64,000 nt of DNA, from positions 76,835 to 140,834 of the forward strand of contig CAZLFV010000001.1 in NCBI GenBank assembly GCA_964558915.1, in the 5' to 3' direction. Below are positions 19,312 through 29,797 of this stretch, in pieces. A model generated the notes under the pieces. It worked only from the letters and a program-made list of their open reading frames with translations. It was not told the origin of the DNA and did not search any database. Within the stretch, counting starts at the first letter, position 1. Each line of letters starts with the position of its first letter. The DNA comes from an uncultured Eubacteriales bacterium. Lineage in GTDB: Bacteria > Acidobacteriota > Aminicenantia > Aminicenantales > UBA8522. Both the position numbers and the translations under genes were made by a program.

Positions 19312-19901
19312 GCGTTCTTTTTCTTGCTTTGGCCTACTTGGTCGGGTCCATTCCCGTGGGATATCTTTTTTTTCGGATAGGCGAAAACAAAGATATTCGC
19401 GGCTTCGGCAGCCGGAGCACTGGCGCCACCAATGTTTTGAGGCTTAAGGGCTGGAAGTACGCGGTTCCTGTCGCGGTTTTGGATGTTTTGAAGGCCGCTC
19501 TTCCTGTCTGGCTGGCCTTGCAGCTTTTCGATAACACGCGAATCGCTCTCGCTGCCGCCTTTCTGGTCACACTGGGACACTGTTTTCCAGTTTTTATCAA
19601 GTTCCGCGGGGGAAAGGGCGTTTCCACAGCCATGGGGGCGTATGCTATTCTTGCGCCCGTTTCCTTTCTCTTGAGCCTGGCCGTTTTTGTGGGAACCATT
19701 GCCGCGACTCGCTTCGTCTCTTTAGGTTCGCTCCTGGCTACCTTATCCTTTCCTCTTTGGGCTTATTTCCTTTATAATGATAGACAGGCAGCGGTTTTGG
19801 GGGTGGCCATGTTTGTCCTGATTGCGTTGCGTCATCGAGGCAACATCCAGAGATTGCTTGGAGGGCAAGAAAGAAAATTCGGACAGAGGGTGAAGATTTA
19901 A
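19308..19901 (+). CDS. plsY: Glycerol-3-phosphate acyltransferase PlsY
   Basis: GSIPVGYLFF...GSRSTGATNVLR...GGKGV motifs. ATGA overlap with thpR. Confidence 0.85.
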   Translation: MSVLFLALAYLVGSIPVGYLFFRIGENKDIRGFGSRSTGATNVLRLKGWKYAVPVAVLDVLKAALPVWLALQLFDNTRIALAAAFLVTLGHCFPVFIKFRGGKGVSTAMGAYAILAPVSFLLSLAVFVGTIAATRFVSLGSLLATLSFPLWAYFLYNDRQAAVLGVAMFVLIALRHRGNIQRLLGGQERKFGQRVKI

Positions 19902-19906
19902 ACGTG

Positions 19907-20902
19907 ATGGAAGCAGGAATCATAGGAGGGGGCAGTTGGGGATCTGCCTTTGCCCTTCATCTTGGCCGCCTCCGGGTTAAAACCCGGCTGTGGGTCAGGG
20001 AGGGCGAGATTCTTGAAGAGCTTTTTAGGACTCGTCAAAACCCTGTCTTTCTCCCTGGACATCTTTTCCCTTCTTCCGTTTCTTTCTCGGGCGATCTTAA
20101 GGAAACAGCCAGGTCCGCCGATGTTCTGTTTATTGCCGTTCCGTCCCAGTTCTGCCGCCAGGTTTTTTCGGACATCGCTTCGGCCCTCTCTCGCGGTCAG
20201 ATTATCGTCAGCCTAACCAAGGGTATCGAAGAGGGATCGCTCAAAAGAATGACTGAAATCATGGAGGAAGTCTTCCGAGTCCATTCTCTCCCACATCTTG
20301 CCGTGCTCTCCGGGCCGAGTTTTTCCCGAGAAGTTGCGGACAGGCATCCCACGGCCGTGGTGATTGGTTCAAAAGAAGTTGATTTCGCCAGAGCCGTCCA
20401 GCGTCTTATCTCCAATGTCTATTTTCGGGCTTATACGAGCGAAGATATCATTGGAGTAGAGCTTGCCGGAGCATGCAAAAATATTATTGCCTTGGCAGCC
20501 GGGATATCCGATTCCTTGAAGTACGGGCATAACACCCGGGCCGCCCTGATCACCCGCGGCCTTGCCGAGATGACCAGGCTCGGAACAAAGCTCGGCGCCA
20601 GCAGGGAGACATTTATGGGGCTGGCCGGGATCGGAGACCTGGTTTTGACCTGCACGGCCAAGCTCAGCCGGAATTACCACGTTGGCTACGACCTCGGAAA
20701 GGGCCGGCCGTTGCCTCTCATCCTGTCAGGGATGAAGATGGTGGCCGAAGGCGTCTCGACGACGATATCCGTTCGAGACCTGGCCCGCAGAGAAGGAGTT
20801 GAAATGCCCATCGTTGAGGAAGTCTTCAGAGTCCTTTATGAAAACAAGAGCCCAAAAGACTCCCTGCGTGATCTCATGCTGAGAGCGCTTAAGGTTGAAT
20901 AG
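19907..20902 (+). CDS. gpsA: NAD(P)H-dependent glycerol-3-phosphate dehydrogenase
   Basis: IIGGGSWGSAFA Rossmann motif, GVELAGACKNIIALAAG, NTRAALITRGLAEM. Confidence 0.85.
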   Translation: MEAGIIGGGSWGSAFALHLGRLRVKTRLWVREGEILEELFRTRQNPVFLPGHLFPSSVSFSGDLKETARSADVLFIAVPSQFCRQVFSDIASALSRGQIIVSLTKGIEEGSLKRMTEIMEEVFRVHSLPHLAVLSGPSFSREVADRHPTAVVIGSKEVDFARAVQRLISNVYFRAYTSEDIIGVELAGACKNIIALAAGISDSLKYGHNTRAALITRGLAEMTRLGTKLGASRETFMGLAGIGDLVLTCTAKLSRNYHVGYDLGKGRPLPLILSGMKMVAEGVSTTISVRDLARREGVEMPIVEEVFRVLYENKSPKDSLRDLMLRALKVE

Positions 20903-20964
20903 AAGGAAGGATTAGACAAGAAGAAGCCAAGAGCATAAAATAAAACAGAAAAGAGGAAACACGG

Positions 20965-21750
20965 ATGAAAAATCGCCATGCTTTAATTTTCTTAGTTTGT
21001 CTGGGTATTTTTTCTTGCGCCTCTGCCCAGAAAAAAACGGAGAAGGCCCGGGAAAAAGATCCCCAACACCAGTACAATATCGGGCTGTTTTACCTCAATA
21101 GCAATAATATCGACGAGGCGATCAAGTACTTCAACAAGGCCTTGAGCCTCGATCCCCGCCACTACCAGTCTTTTAACGCCCTTGGCTTGGCCAATTCTAT
21201 GAGGGGAAATCTCCAGGAGGCGATCAATCTCTACCAAAAATGCCTCCAGATTTCGCCCAATTTTGCCGAAGCGCACAACAACCTTGGGACGATCTATCAG
21301 GAAATGGGGGACCTCGACAAGGCCGAACAGGAATTCAGGAAGATCATTGAGGATCCGAACTACACGCACAAAGAGCTCCCATATTACAACCTGGCTAGGC
21401 TCTATTTCACCAAGGGGGATTTGGAGAAAGCCCGCTCCCACGTCGATGTCGCTATCAAGCTCAACACTCGTTTCGCCTTAGCCTACAACTTGCTTGGCTT
21501 GATTTTGGAGAGTCAAGATAATCTCTTCGGCGCCATCGAAAGCTTCAAGATGGCGGTTAAAATTGTCCCTGACGATCTGAATTTTAATTTCAACTTGGGA
21601 GCTGCTTATTTTAAGAATGACGACCTGGGTAAAGCGGCGGAGGTCCTCGAAAAAATCTCCCCCCAGGTCGTTGACCTGGAGATGAAAGAAAAGCTCAATT
21701 CTTATCTCAAAGCGATTAAAGAGAAAGAAAAGGAAAAAAGTGGCGGCTAG
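20965..21750 (+). CDS. TPR-repeat lipoprotein
   Basis: Signal peptide with lipobox (LGIFSC). Repeated TPR units ([27 protein letters not shown], ...). Confidence 0.6.
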   Translation: MKNRHALIFLVCLGIFSCASAQKKTEKAREKDPQHQYNIGLFYLNSNNIDEAIKYFNKALSLDPRHYQSFNALGLANSMRGNLQEAINLYQKCLQISPNFAEAHNNLGTIYQEMGDLDKAEQEFRKIIEDPNYTHKELPYYNLARLYFTKGDLEKARSHVDVAIKLNTRFALAYNLLGLILESQDNLFGAIESFKMAVKIVPDDLNFNFNLGAAYFKNDDLGKAAEVLEKISPQVVDLEMKEKLNSYLKAIKEKEKEKSGG

Positions 21751-23003
21751 GTGCCTTCTTCCCAGGCCCCCAAATATTTTTTCTGCTCCGCGGTCAGCCG
21801 ATCGATCTTTACCCCCATGGAACGAAGTTTCAGGCGGGCGATTTCTTCGTCGATGGCTTTGGGAACGGGGTAGACTTCTTTTCCGAGTGAACTGCCTTTA
21901 CGGCTGAGGTAAAGCACGCTCAGCGCCTGGTTGGCGAAGCTCATATCCATAACTATGGCGGGATGCCCTTCGGCAGCCGCCAGGTTGATCAACCTTCCTT
22001 CTCCCAGTAAATAGAGTTTTTTTCCGTTTCGGAGCTCGTACTCATCAACAAATTCCCGAATCCTCTTCTTTTTCCTGGCCAGTTTTTCCAGGGCCGGAAT
22101 ATCAACTTCGACGTTGAAGTGGCCGGAATTGGCGATGATGGCCCCGTCCCTCATCCTGAGAAAGTGAGACTGGGTAATGACCGTCTTGTCACCCGTCAGG
22201 GTAACAAACACATCTCCTTTGGACGCTGCTTCGCTCATGGGCATAACTTCGAACCCGTCCATAACGGCTTCCAGGGCTCGCAGAGGATCAACCTCGCAAA
22301 TAATGACTTTGGCGCCCCCTCCCCTTGCCCTCATGGCCACTCCCCGTCCGCACCAGCCGTATCCGGCGATGACAAAATGCAGCCCAGCCATAAGAATATT
22401 CGTGGCCCTCAGGATGCCGTCAATGGTGCTCTGTCCCGTCCCGTAGCGATTGTCAAAGAGGTGTTTAGTGTTGGCGTCGTTAACGGCAATGATTGGATAA
22501 GAGAGGACTTTCTTTTTGGCCATGCTCCTCAACCGGATGACTCCAGTCGTGGTTTCCTCGGTGCCGCCGACGATACTCTTAAGCAGGCTGCGCCTCCGGG
22601 AATGAATGGTGCTGACCAGGTCCGCCCCGTCGTCCATCGTGATGTTGGGGCCGTGGTCCAGGGCCTGGTTGATGTGACGGTAGTAGGTCCTGTTATTTTC
22701 ACCCTTAATGGCAAAAACAGGCACGTCGTAAAATTTCACCAGGGCCGCGGCGACTTCATCCTGCGTGCTCAGAGGGTTGGAGGCGCAGAGCCTGAGCTGC
22801 GCTCCTCCTAGCCTTAAGGTTTCCATCAGGATTCCGGTTTCGCTAGTGACATGCAGGCAGGCCGAGATTTTAATGCCCTTCAGGGGCTTCTCTTGGGCGA
22901 ATTTTTTCCTGATAGAATTCAAGACAGGCATAAACCGCCCCGCCCATTCCATCTTGAGTTTTCCTTTCGGAGCCAATTTGAGGTCTTTGACGTCATAGTC
23001 CAT
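21747..23003 (-). CDS. ahcY: Adenosylhomocysteinase
   Basis: [22 protein letters not shown]-terminus, NAD-binding [10 protein letters not shown], ~418 aa. Confidence 0.9.
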   Translation of the reverse strand: MDYDVKDLKLAPKGKLKMEWAGRFMPVLNSIRKKFAQEKPLKGIKISACLHVTSETGILMETLRLGGAQLRLCASNPLSTQDEVAAALVKFYDVPVFAIKGENNRTYYRHINQALDHGPNITMDDGADLVSTIHSRRRSLLKSIVGGTEETTTGVIRLRSMAKKKVLSYPIIAVNDANTKHLFDNRYGTGQSTIDGILRATNILMAGLHFVIAGYGWCGRGVAMRARGGGAKVIICEVDPLRALEAVMDGFEVMPMSEAASKGDVFVTLTGDKTVITQSHFLRMRDGAIIANSGHFNVEVDIPALEKLARKKKRIREFVDEYELRNGKKLYLLGEGRLINLAAAEGHPAIVMDMSFANQALSVLYLSRKGSSLGKEVYPVPKAIDEEIARLKLRSMGVKIDRLTAEQKKYLGAWEEGT

Positions 23004-23057
23004 GGCTTTTCCCCTGTTTCATTGGAATCCCTTTCTAGGCCGGCTCTGTGCGCCTCC

Positions 23058-24224
23058 TTAGAGCCGGGCGTCCTTCCGCAACGCTTCGGCTTGGTCCGTT
23101 TTTTCCCAGGTGAATCCTTCTTCATCCCGTCCGAAATGCCCGTAGCAGGCTGTTTTCTTGAAAACCGGACGCAGCAAATTGAGGGCTTTGATCATGCCTT
23201 TGGGTTTAAGGTCGAAATGGGCCCGGATTAATTCCTTGATCTTATCCTCATGAATCTTCGAAGTCCCAAAGGAATCCACCATGATTGAGACCGGCTCGGC
23301 GACGCCGATGGCATAAGCCAGCTGCACTTCCAGTTTGTCGGCGATTCCCGCGGCTACGATGTTCTTAGCGATATACCGGGCGGTATAGGAGCCGGAGCGA
23401 TCGACCTTGGAGGGATCCTTGCCCGAGAAGCAGCCTCCGCCGTGGCTTCCGACTCCTCCATATGTATCAACGATGATTTTTCGGCCGGTAATTCCGGTAT
23501 CGGCCAAAGGCCCGCCCTGTTCGAAACGGCCGGTGCCGTTGATGATAATCTTGGTTTTTTTGTCCAGCATTCCGGGCGGGATAATCTTCTTGATCACCAT
23601 TTGCTTGATGTCGGCCCGCAGGTCTTCCATGTTCACCGTTGCGTTGTGTTGGGCGGCAATCACGATCGCCTCGACGCGGCGCGGAGTGTCGCCGTCGTAT
23701 TCGATCGTTATCTGGGATTTTCCGTCAGGCCTCAAATAGGGCAGGATCCTTTCTTTGCGGACCTGACTCAATCGCCTGACCAGCTTGTGGGCGAGGATGA
23801 TGGGCAGAGGCATCAGCTCCTCTGTTTCCCGGCAGGCGTAGCCGAACATGATTCCTTGATCTCCGGCGCCCTGCTCATGCTCCGCGGTCTCTATGACTCC
23901 TCTGGCTATATCAAGGGATTGCTCATGAATAGATGAAATAACACAGCACGTTTTGTAGTCGAAGCCAAAGACAGCCTGGGTATACCCGATATCCTTGACC
24001 ACGCTCCTGACGAGTTTTTGAAAATCGCAATATCCGTTTGTGGTGATCTCGCCGGCTATGAAGACGAGGCCAGTTGTGACCGCTGTTTCGCAGGCCACAC
24101 GGCTTTGGGGGTCCTGGCTGATGAGGTCATCCAGGATGGCATCCGAGATCTGGTCGCAGATTTTATCCGGGTGACCTTCAGTCACGGATTCAGAAGTGAA
24201 CAGATGCTTTCCAGCTTTGCTCAT
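23058..24224 (-). CDS. metK: S-adenosylmethionine synthetase
   Basis: [39 protein letters not shown] motifs, 388 aa. Confidence 0.95.
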   Translation of the reverse strand: MSKAGKHLFTSESVTEGHPDKICDQISDAILDDLISQDPQSRVACETAVTTGLVFIAGEITTNGYCDFQKLVRSVVKDIGYTQAVFGFDYKTCCVISSIHEQSLDIARGVIETAEHEQGAGDQGIMFGYACRETEELMPLPIILAHKLVRRLSQVRKERILPYLRPDGKSQITIEYDGDTPRRVEAIVIAAQHNATVNMEDLRADIKQMVIKKIIPPGMLDKKTKIIINGTGRFEQGGPLADTGITGRKIIVDTYGGVGSHGGGCFSGKDPSKVDRSGSYTARYIAKNIVAAGIADKLEVQLAYAIGVAEPVSIMVDSFGTSKIHEDKIKELIRAHFDLKPKGMIKALNLLRPVFKKTACYGHFGRDEEGFTWEKTDQAEALRKDARL

Positions 24225-24416
24225 GATCGGTCTCCTTTGAGACTATCTCAAAAAATAAGGCGCCATATTATAACATAAGGGCACAATTTTCAACGGCTAA
24301 GTGAAGATGGTGACAGACCCTGTCGCAGCCCCCGATCTCGGCCCGGTTCATTGGATTTTGGGCCGCAAATATGATATTTATAGGGATGGCCTCAGGAAAA
24401 ACGACTATATAGAGAG

Positions 24417-25748
24417 ATGCCAAAGCGATCTACAGGCGTCTGGATTCTTGCATTTTTTGTCCTCCTTGGACCCTCCGCCCTGTCCCAAGAACAAGCCAGA
24501 TTCCCTTTTTCTTTCACTCAATATCAGCTCGAGAACGGACTGAAGGTGATCCTCTCTGAGGATGACTCTCTTCCCATTGTCTCTGTGGTCATGGCCTATC
24601 ATGTCGGGTCAATCAACGAGCAGCCAGGCAAGAGCGGCCTGGCTTATCTCCTGGAAAGCATAATGTTCATGGGTTCGCTGAATATCGGCTCTATGCAACA
24701 CATCAGCTATGTCAACAGGATTGGAGGGATACCTAACGCCTCCACTACTGAGGACATCACCTTCTTTTATGAGACCGTCCCCATGAACCAGCTAGCCCTG
24801 GTTCTCTGGCTTGAGTCCGACCGGATGAAAGCCCTGGACATTAATTCGGCTAAGGTGCAAAGGTCAAAACAGTCCCTTCTTGAGGAGGTCGGCCAGCGGA
24901 AAGCTGATGAACCCTATTTTGAAAGCTTCCTAGTTTTTGACCGACTCCTCTATCCTGACTTTCCCTATAGTCATCCAATTTTGGGAAGTGAAGAAGATAT
25001 CGGGAATCTGACGCTGGAGGATGTGAAAAATTTTTATTCGACGTTCTATGTTCCCAACAACGCCGCACTTGCCATCGTCGGAAAATTCGACTTGACCAAG
25101 GCCAAGGAACTGATCGAGAGATATTTCGGGACAATTCCCCAAGGTAAGGACATCCCCCCTTCCCCACCCTCTCAGCCCCTGGAAAGAAAGCAGGTGGTTG
25201 AGGTCCTCCAAGAATCCCTCGCTCCAGCGCCAGCGTTTCACCTGGGGTATCGGATTGCTCCTCCCTATTCCCCGGAATCCTATCCTCTGGTAATTATCGA
25301 TTATATCCTCCTCAAGGGAAAGGGTTCCCGTCTGTACAGAAGGCTTGTGCGGAAAGACAACCTGGCGCTGTATTTAAGCGGGGCCATCGAAAAGCGGAAA
25401 GATATGGCGGCACTGAAAATTTTTGTGATGAACAACAGCGCGTCGACGGCCGAACTCTGCCAAAAGGCTATTTTTTCGGAGATCTCCAAATTGAGGACGA
25501 GCTATGTATCCGAAGGCGAGCTTCGGCGCGCTAAAAACATGTTCAAAAGGGACTATCTGAGTCGCTTTGCCAATCCCCAGGATCGGGCCATGTTCTTGAT
25601 CGAGACCTTATTTTCGCCTGCGAGTTTAGAAGATGCGCCCCAGGAACTCGACAAGTATCTCGGGACTACGCCGCTTCAAGTGATCGGAATGATCAACCGT
25701 TATATCATCCCGGAAAACAGCATTCTGCTCAACGTGAAAATACGATGA
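24417..25748 (+). CDS. Secreted M16 (insulinase)-family homolog lacking the HxxEH zinc motif
   Basis: Signal peptide. M16 fold-level similarity, but the zinc-motif position reads GLAYLLESIMFMGS (YxxES instead of HxxEH). Confidence 0.7.
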   Translation: MPKRSTGVWILAFFVLLGPSALSQEQARFPFSFTQYQLENGLKVILSEDDSLPIVSVVMAYHVGSINEQPGKSGLAYLLESIMFMGSLNIGSMQHISYVNRIGGIPNASTTEDITFFYETVPMNQLALVLWLESDRMKALDINSAKVQRSKQSLLEEVGQRKADEPYFESFLVFDRLLYPDFPYSHPILGSEEDIGNLTLEDVKNFYSTFYVPNNAALAIVGKFDLTKAKELIERYFGTIPQGKDIPPSPPSQPLERKQVVEVLQESLAPAPAFHLGYRIAPPYSPESYPLVIIDYILLKGKGSRLYRRLVRKDNLALYLSGAIEKRKDMAALKIFVMNNSASTAELCQKAIFSEISKLRTSYVSEGELRRAKNMFKRDYLSRFANPQDRAMFLIETLFSPASLEDAPQELDKYLGTTPLQVIGMINRYIIPENSILLNVKIR

Positions 25749-27184
25749 AGAAGATAATCCTGCTCTGCGGCTTGGTCTTCCTGCAGGCCATCGCGCTTCC
25801 TCAGGAAAGGTTCAGAAAATCCCCTCCTGTCCCCGATCCTCTGCAACCCCTGCGGCTTCCAGCAATCGAATCAGTCCGTCTGACTAATGGACTCACCCTG
25901 GCTGTGGCCTACCAAAAAAATCTTCCCTTTATCAGCCTGGAGCTCGTCGTCCAGGCGGGAGAAAGCTCTTCCCCCCGTAACTTGCCCGGTTTGGCAACGT
26001 TGACGGCCGGGATGTTATGCCGCGGCACGCTCCTGAGTTCCGCTTCAGAAATCGAAGAAAAAATTGAATCCATCGGAGGGAGTTTTTCCGCTATTGCCTT
26101 CCAGGATTACTCGCGCTTTTCGTTTACGTTCCTGGACGAGAATTTGGATCAAGCCCTGGAAGTCTTAGGCCAGATGATCCTTCAGCCTGCGTTTGACGAT
26201 AAAGAGATTCTTAACCTCAGGAGAATTGAGTATTATAGCCTTCTTCAAAAACAGCGAGACCCGGAATTCGTGGGTCGGCGCCAGCTGCTGCGGATCCTCT
26301 TTAAGAATCATCCCTACGAAAGGTCCTTTTATAACGAGGATGTTCTCAAGAACATTACCAGGAAGGACATCCTTGGTTTTTTTCAAACATACTATCGGCC
26401 GAATAACTCCGTCCTCGTCATGACCGGCAATCTGAATCTTCGGATTGCTTCCCGGAAGGTTAGCCAATATCTCAGCGCCTGGCAGGAAAAAGGCGTTGAC
26501 AGGGTTTATCTTCCTCCTCCGGCACCCAATAACGAAGAGACGATTTGCTTTATCGAACTCCCCCAGGCAAAAGATCCCACGGTGGTGCTCGGGAATGTGA
26601 TTTTCCCCATAGGGGATCCCGACTTTTTCCCGTTTTCCGTCGTCAACCAGGTTTTGGGCGGAACACCGAACAGCCGGCTGTTCATGAACCTCAGGGAGTC
26701 GAAAGAATATGCCTATTATGCCTTCAGCGAAATGGAGCTTTTCCGAAGCTGCGGTGTCTACCTTGTTCGGTCAAAGGTTACTCCGGCCTCCTGTTTCGCT
26801 TCTGTGCAGGATATTCTTGGAGAACTCGACCGCATAACCAAGGAAAAAACTCCCACCTCTGAAATCGAGCAAGCCAAGTCCTATCTGATCGGGAATTTTC
26901 CCCTGCAGCTCGATCGATTGGATAGTTTTACCCGAAAACTTTCTGATGTGGTGGCCATGTCTCTGGGAGAGGGACACTGGAACGAATTCTATGATAACAT
27001 CATGCTCGTCGATCCAGACAAGGTCTTCCAGGTGGCCGAAAAATGCCTTCTTCCGAAGCCGGTGGTTGTCCTCGTGGGAGACAGGAGCGTGCTTTCCAAG
27101 CATCTCGGAGAATTTAAAAAAATAGATATTTATGACGTCAAAGGAGTTCATCAATACACCATAACCAAAGGAGCAGAGGAATGA
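25745..27184 (+). CDS. Secreted M16-family homolog, non-catalytic partner type
   Basis: Signal peptide MKKIILLCGLVFLQAIALP. M16 architecture but GLATLTAGMLCRGT at the motif position and no HxxEH anywhere. ATGA overlap with the upstream gene. Confidence 0.7.
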   Translation: MKKIILLCGLVFLQAIALPQERFRKSPPVPDPLQPLRLPAIESVRLTNGLTLAVAYQKNLPFISLELVVQAGESSSPRNLPGLATLTAGMLCRGTLLSSASEIEEKIESIGGSFSAIAFQDYSRFSFTFLDENLDQALEVLGQMILQPAFDDKEILNLRRIEYYSLLQKQRDPEFVGRRQLLRILFKNHPYERSFYNEDVLKNITRKDILGFFQTYYRPNNSVLVMTGNLNLRIASRKVSQYLSAWQEKGVDRVYLPPPAPNNEETICFIELPQAKDPTVVLGNVIFPIGDPDFFPFSVVNQVLGGTPNSRLFMNLRESKEYAYYAFSEMELFRSCGVYLVRSKVTPASCFASVQDILGELDRITKEKTPTSEIEQAKSYLIGNFPLQLDRLDSFTRKLSDVVAMSLGEGHWNEFYDNIMLVDPDKVFQVAEKCLLPKPVVVLVGDRSVLSKHLGEFKKIDIYDVKGVHQYTITKGAEE

Positions 27185-28857
27185 AAATCGTCGAATGCGT
27201 GCCGAACTTCAGTGAAGGCAGGGACAGAGAAAAAATCAAGGCCATTACTCAAGAGATCGAGCGGACGCCGGAAGTCAAACTCCTTGATGTAGACCCGGGG
27301 GAATCGACCAACCGCACGGTCGTGACTTTTGTCGGCTCGCCCGAAGGAGTCAAAGAGGCCGCTTTGAGAGCCATCCGCAAGGCCGCAGAACTCATCGATA
27401 TGAGCAAGCACAAAGGCGCGCACAGCCGCATGGGCGCGACGGACGTCTGCCCGTTTGTTCCGGTCTCGGGAGTCACAATGGAAGACTGCGTGAAGCTTGC
27501 CCACGAGGTCGGCCGAAGGGTAGCTGAAGAGCTCCGCATCCCCGTCTATCTTTATGAGGAAGCCGCTCAAAAGGAAGAGAGAAGGAATTTGGCCAATATT
27601 CGAGCGGGAGAATATGAGGGGCTGCCAGAGAAGCTCAGAGACCCGGCCTGGGCTCCTGATTACGGCGAGCCTGTTTTCAACCCGCGGTCGGGAGCAACGG
27701 TGATTGGCGCCCGAGAATTTTTGATCGCCTACAACATCAATTTGAATACAAGAGACAGGAGGCTGGCGCACGAGATCGCTCTTCAGCTAAGAGAAAGCGG
27801 GCGGGCCAAAAGAGACAGCGAAGGGAACATCGTCAGGGACGCGGAAGGGGAAACGGTCATGCTGCCCGGGAGATTCAAGCACTTGAAGGCGGTCGGCTGG
27901 TATATCGAAGACTTTGGAGTGGCTCAAATTTCCATCAATTTTACGAACTATAAGGTGACGCCCCCCCATCTTGTGTTCGATGAGGCCGTTCGGGAGGCAG
28001 AGAAATTGGGACTCCGTGTCACCGGAAGCGAGCTGGTCGGATTGATCCCCAAGGAGGCTCTTCTTATGGCCGGAAGGTATTATTTGGCCAAGCAGGGCAA
28101 GAGCCCGGGCGTTCCCGAAGAAGAACTCATCCGGATGGCAGTCCTCTCTCTCGGCCTCAACGATGTCACTCCCTTTAATCCGGATAAAAAGATAATTGAG
28201 TATCAGTTCAAGGATCCGGCCGGGTCTCTCCTTCGGCTCAGTCTGCGCGATTTTGCCAACGAGCTCTCTATGGACTCGCCCGCTCCGGGCGGGGGAAGCG
28301 CAGCCGCCCTGTGTGCTGCTCTTTCGGCCGCTCTCTCAGCAATGGTCGCCAATCTCACAGTGGGAAAAAGAGGCTACGATGGAGTCGAGCAGGAGATGAC
28401 GGAGGCGGCCATCAAGGCCCAGGCTCTTAAGGATGATCTGTTGAGAGCAGTAGACGAAGACACGCGGGCCTTTAACAAGGTTATGGAGGCTTTCAAATTG
28501 CCTAGAGCGACTGAAGACCAGCTTAGAGAAAAAGAGGCCGCCGTCGAGAAGGCCTTTCAGGAAGCGACCCTAGTGCCTCTGGGCGTTCTGGAAAAGAGCA
28601 TTCTTCTTTTGGAATTGGCCAAGGCTGTGGCGACCAAAGGAAACAAGAATTCTTTGAGCGACGCAGGAGTGGCTGGAATCATCGCTGAGGCAGCCGCCCA
28701 AGGCGCCTCGGACAATGTCAAGATCAACCTTCTCGGCATCAAGGACAGTGCGTTCAAAGAAGACACTAAAAAGAAAGCGGAAGCCCTCGTGGAAAAGGCG
28801 GCGGAACTTGGCCGGGAGATTAGGCAGGTTGTCGAGCAAGAATTAGATCGGGCTTAG
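27181..28857 (+). CDS. ftcD: Glutamate formimidoyltransferase / formimidoyltetrahydrofolate cyclodeaminase (bifunctional FTCD)
   Basis: MKIVECVPNFSEGRD N-terminus (formiminotransferase domain). C-terminal cyclodeaminase domain with PAPGGGSAAALCAALSAALS. 558 aa. ATGA overlap with the upstream M16 gene. Confidence 0.8.
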   Translation: MKIVECVPNFSEGRDREKIKAITQEIERTPEVKLLDVDPGESTNRTVVTFVGSPEGVKEAALRAIRKAAELIDMSKHKGAHSRMGATDVCPFVPVSGVTMEDCVKLAHEVGRRVAEELRIPVYLYEEAAQKEERRNLANIRAGEYEGLPEKLRDPAWAPDYGEPVFNPRSGATVIGAREFLIAYNINLNTRDRRLAHEIALQLRESGRAKRDSEGNIVRDAEGETVMLPGRFKHLKAVGWYIEDFGVAQISINFTNYKVTPPHLVFDEAVREAEKLGLRVTGSELVGLIPKEALLMAGRYYLAKQGKSPGVPEEELIRMAVLSLGLNDVTPFNPDKKIIEYQFKDPAGSLLRLSLRDFANELSMDSPAPGGGSAAALCAALSAALSAMVANLTVGKRGYDGVEQEMTEAAIKAQALKDDLLRAVDEDTRAFNKVMEAFKLPRATEDQLREKEAAVEKAFQEATLVPLGVLEKSILLLELAKAVATKGNKNSLSDAGVAGIIAEAAAQGASDNVKINLLGIKDSAFKEDTKKKAEALVEKAAELGREIRQVVEQELDRA

Positions 28858-28873
28858 AACTGCTGCTCTTGCT

Positions 28874-28912
28874 TTCCCTCACCCCCAAAAATCCCCCTTT
28901 AGGGTGAGGGAA
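28874..28912. other. 11-bp inverted repeat hairpin (TTCCCTCACCC / GGGTGAGGGAA, 17-nt loop) downstream of ftcD
   Basis: Seen directly in the sequence. No U-tract follows on either strand, so it is not a canonical intrinsic terminator. Confidence 0.3.
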
Positions 28913-29039
28913 GGCTGAAAAAAATCACCCATTATTTCACCCGCTTCGATTATTGTGAATGCGGAAAGAATCTCACAATATTAGGTGTGAAGAAAGGAAA
29001 GCCCCGGTGAAAACGCGAGTTTCTGGTGATTCAAAAGGC

Positions 29040-29741
29040 ATGAGAAACAGGCTATGGGCCATAATTGTTATTGATGTCGCTTACCTCGTCTACTCGGCTC
29101 TGGGCGATTTTATTCCCCAATATTGGGAACGGATAGGATTTCAGCCGGTCAGCCGTTCTATCCTGACCTTGGGCATGGTCATCATCCTGCTTATCTGCTT
29201 GAGCGGCCTGGCCTTGACTGAAAGAATGGCGTCGTTGATCATCAGAGAAGCCCTCACCGGTTTGTTCAATCAAATTTATATCCGGCAGCGGCTGGAAGAG
29301 GAAATCTACCGCTCGAAAAGATACGGCCATCCTTTGAGCCTGCTCATGATCGATTTGGACAACTTCAAGGCCCTCAACGACCGCTATGGACATGCGGCAG
29401 GAGATCATCTCCTGAGGTATTTCAGCCAGTTAATCCTGGATACCATCAGGCCCTCTGATATCGCGGCTCGGTATGGAGGAGAAGAGTTCTTGATTATCCT
29501 TCCCGAGACAACCCGCGAGGAAGCCCAGGCCGTTGCAGAACGGCTCCGGAACAGACTTTCTCTCTATCCTTTCCAGATCGATTCTCGCAAAGAAGATATC
29601 CTGTTCACTATTAGCGTTGGCATCAGCACTTTTCCGGAATACAGTCAAAGCGGAGACGAATTGATTACCCTTGCTGATATGGCTCTCTATCAAGCAAAAA
29701 AAGGGGGCAAGAACAGAGTGGCGGTTTACAGCGATAACTGA
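29040..29741 (+). CDS. Membrane-anchored GGDEF diguanylate cyclase
   Basis: Two N-terminal TM helices, then a GGDEF domain (RYGGEEFLIILP, DLDNFKALND). Start at ATG 29040 chosen; an upstream ATG at 28959 is also possible. Confidence 0.75.
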   Translation: MRNRLWAIIVIDVAYLVYSALGDFIPQYWERIGFQPVSRSILTLGMVIILLICLSGLALTERMASLIIREALTGLFNQIYIRQRLEEEIYRSKRYGHPLSLLMIDLDNFKALNDRYGHAAGDHLLRYFSQLILDTIRPSDIAARYGGEEFLIILPETTREEAQAVAERLRNRLSLYPFQIDSRKEDILFTISVGISTFPEYSQSGDELITLADMALYQAKKGGKNRVAVYSDN

Positions 29742-29797
29742 AGAGCCCCAAGCTTTTCGTCTACCCCTCTCGTTCCCGGCCATGCTATAATAAAAAA

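Noticed and set aside
22119-22811. 230-aa antisense ORF inside ahcY
   Set aside because: It lies entirely within the well-supported adenosylhomocysteinase gene on the opposite strand. It is Gly/Arg/Pro-rich, low-complexity translation typical of GC-rich antisense frames. The same logic applies to 53256..53975 (in nuoM), 57155..57961 (in the sigma-54 regulator), 59132..59989 (in M16), 17870..18733 (in cinA) and 42797..43964 (in the GRE activase/GntR).
24225-24416. SAM riboswitch upstream of metK
   Set aside because: No SAM-I/II consensus elements were found. The mapped promoter leaves only a ~35-nt leader.
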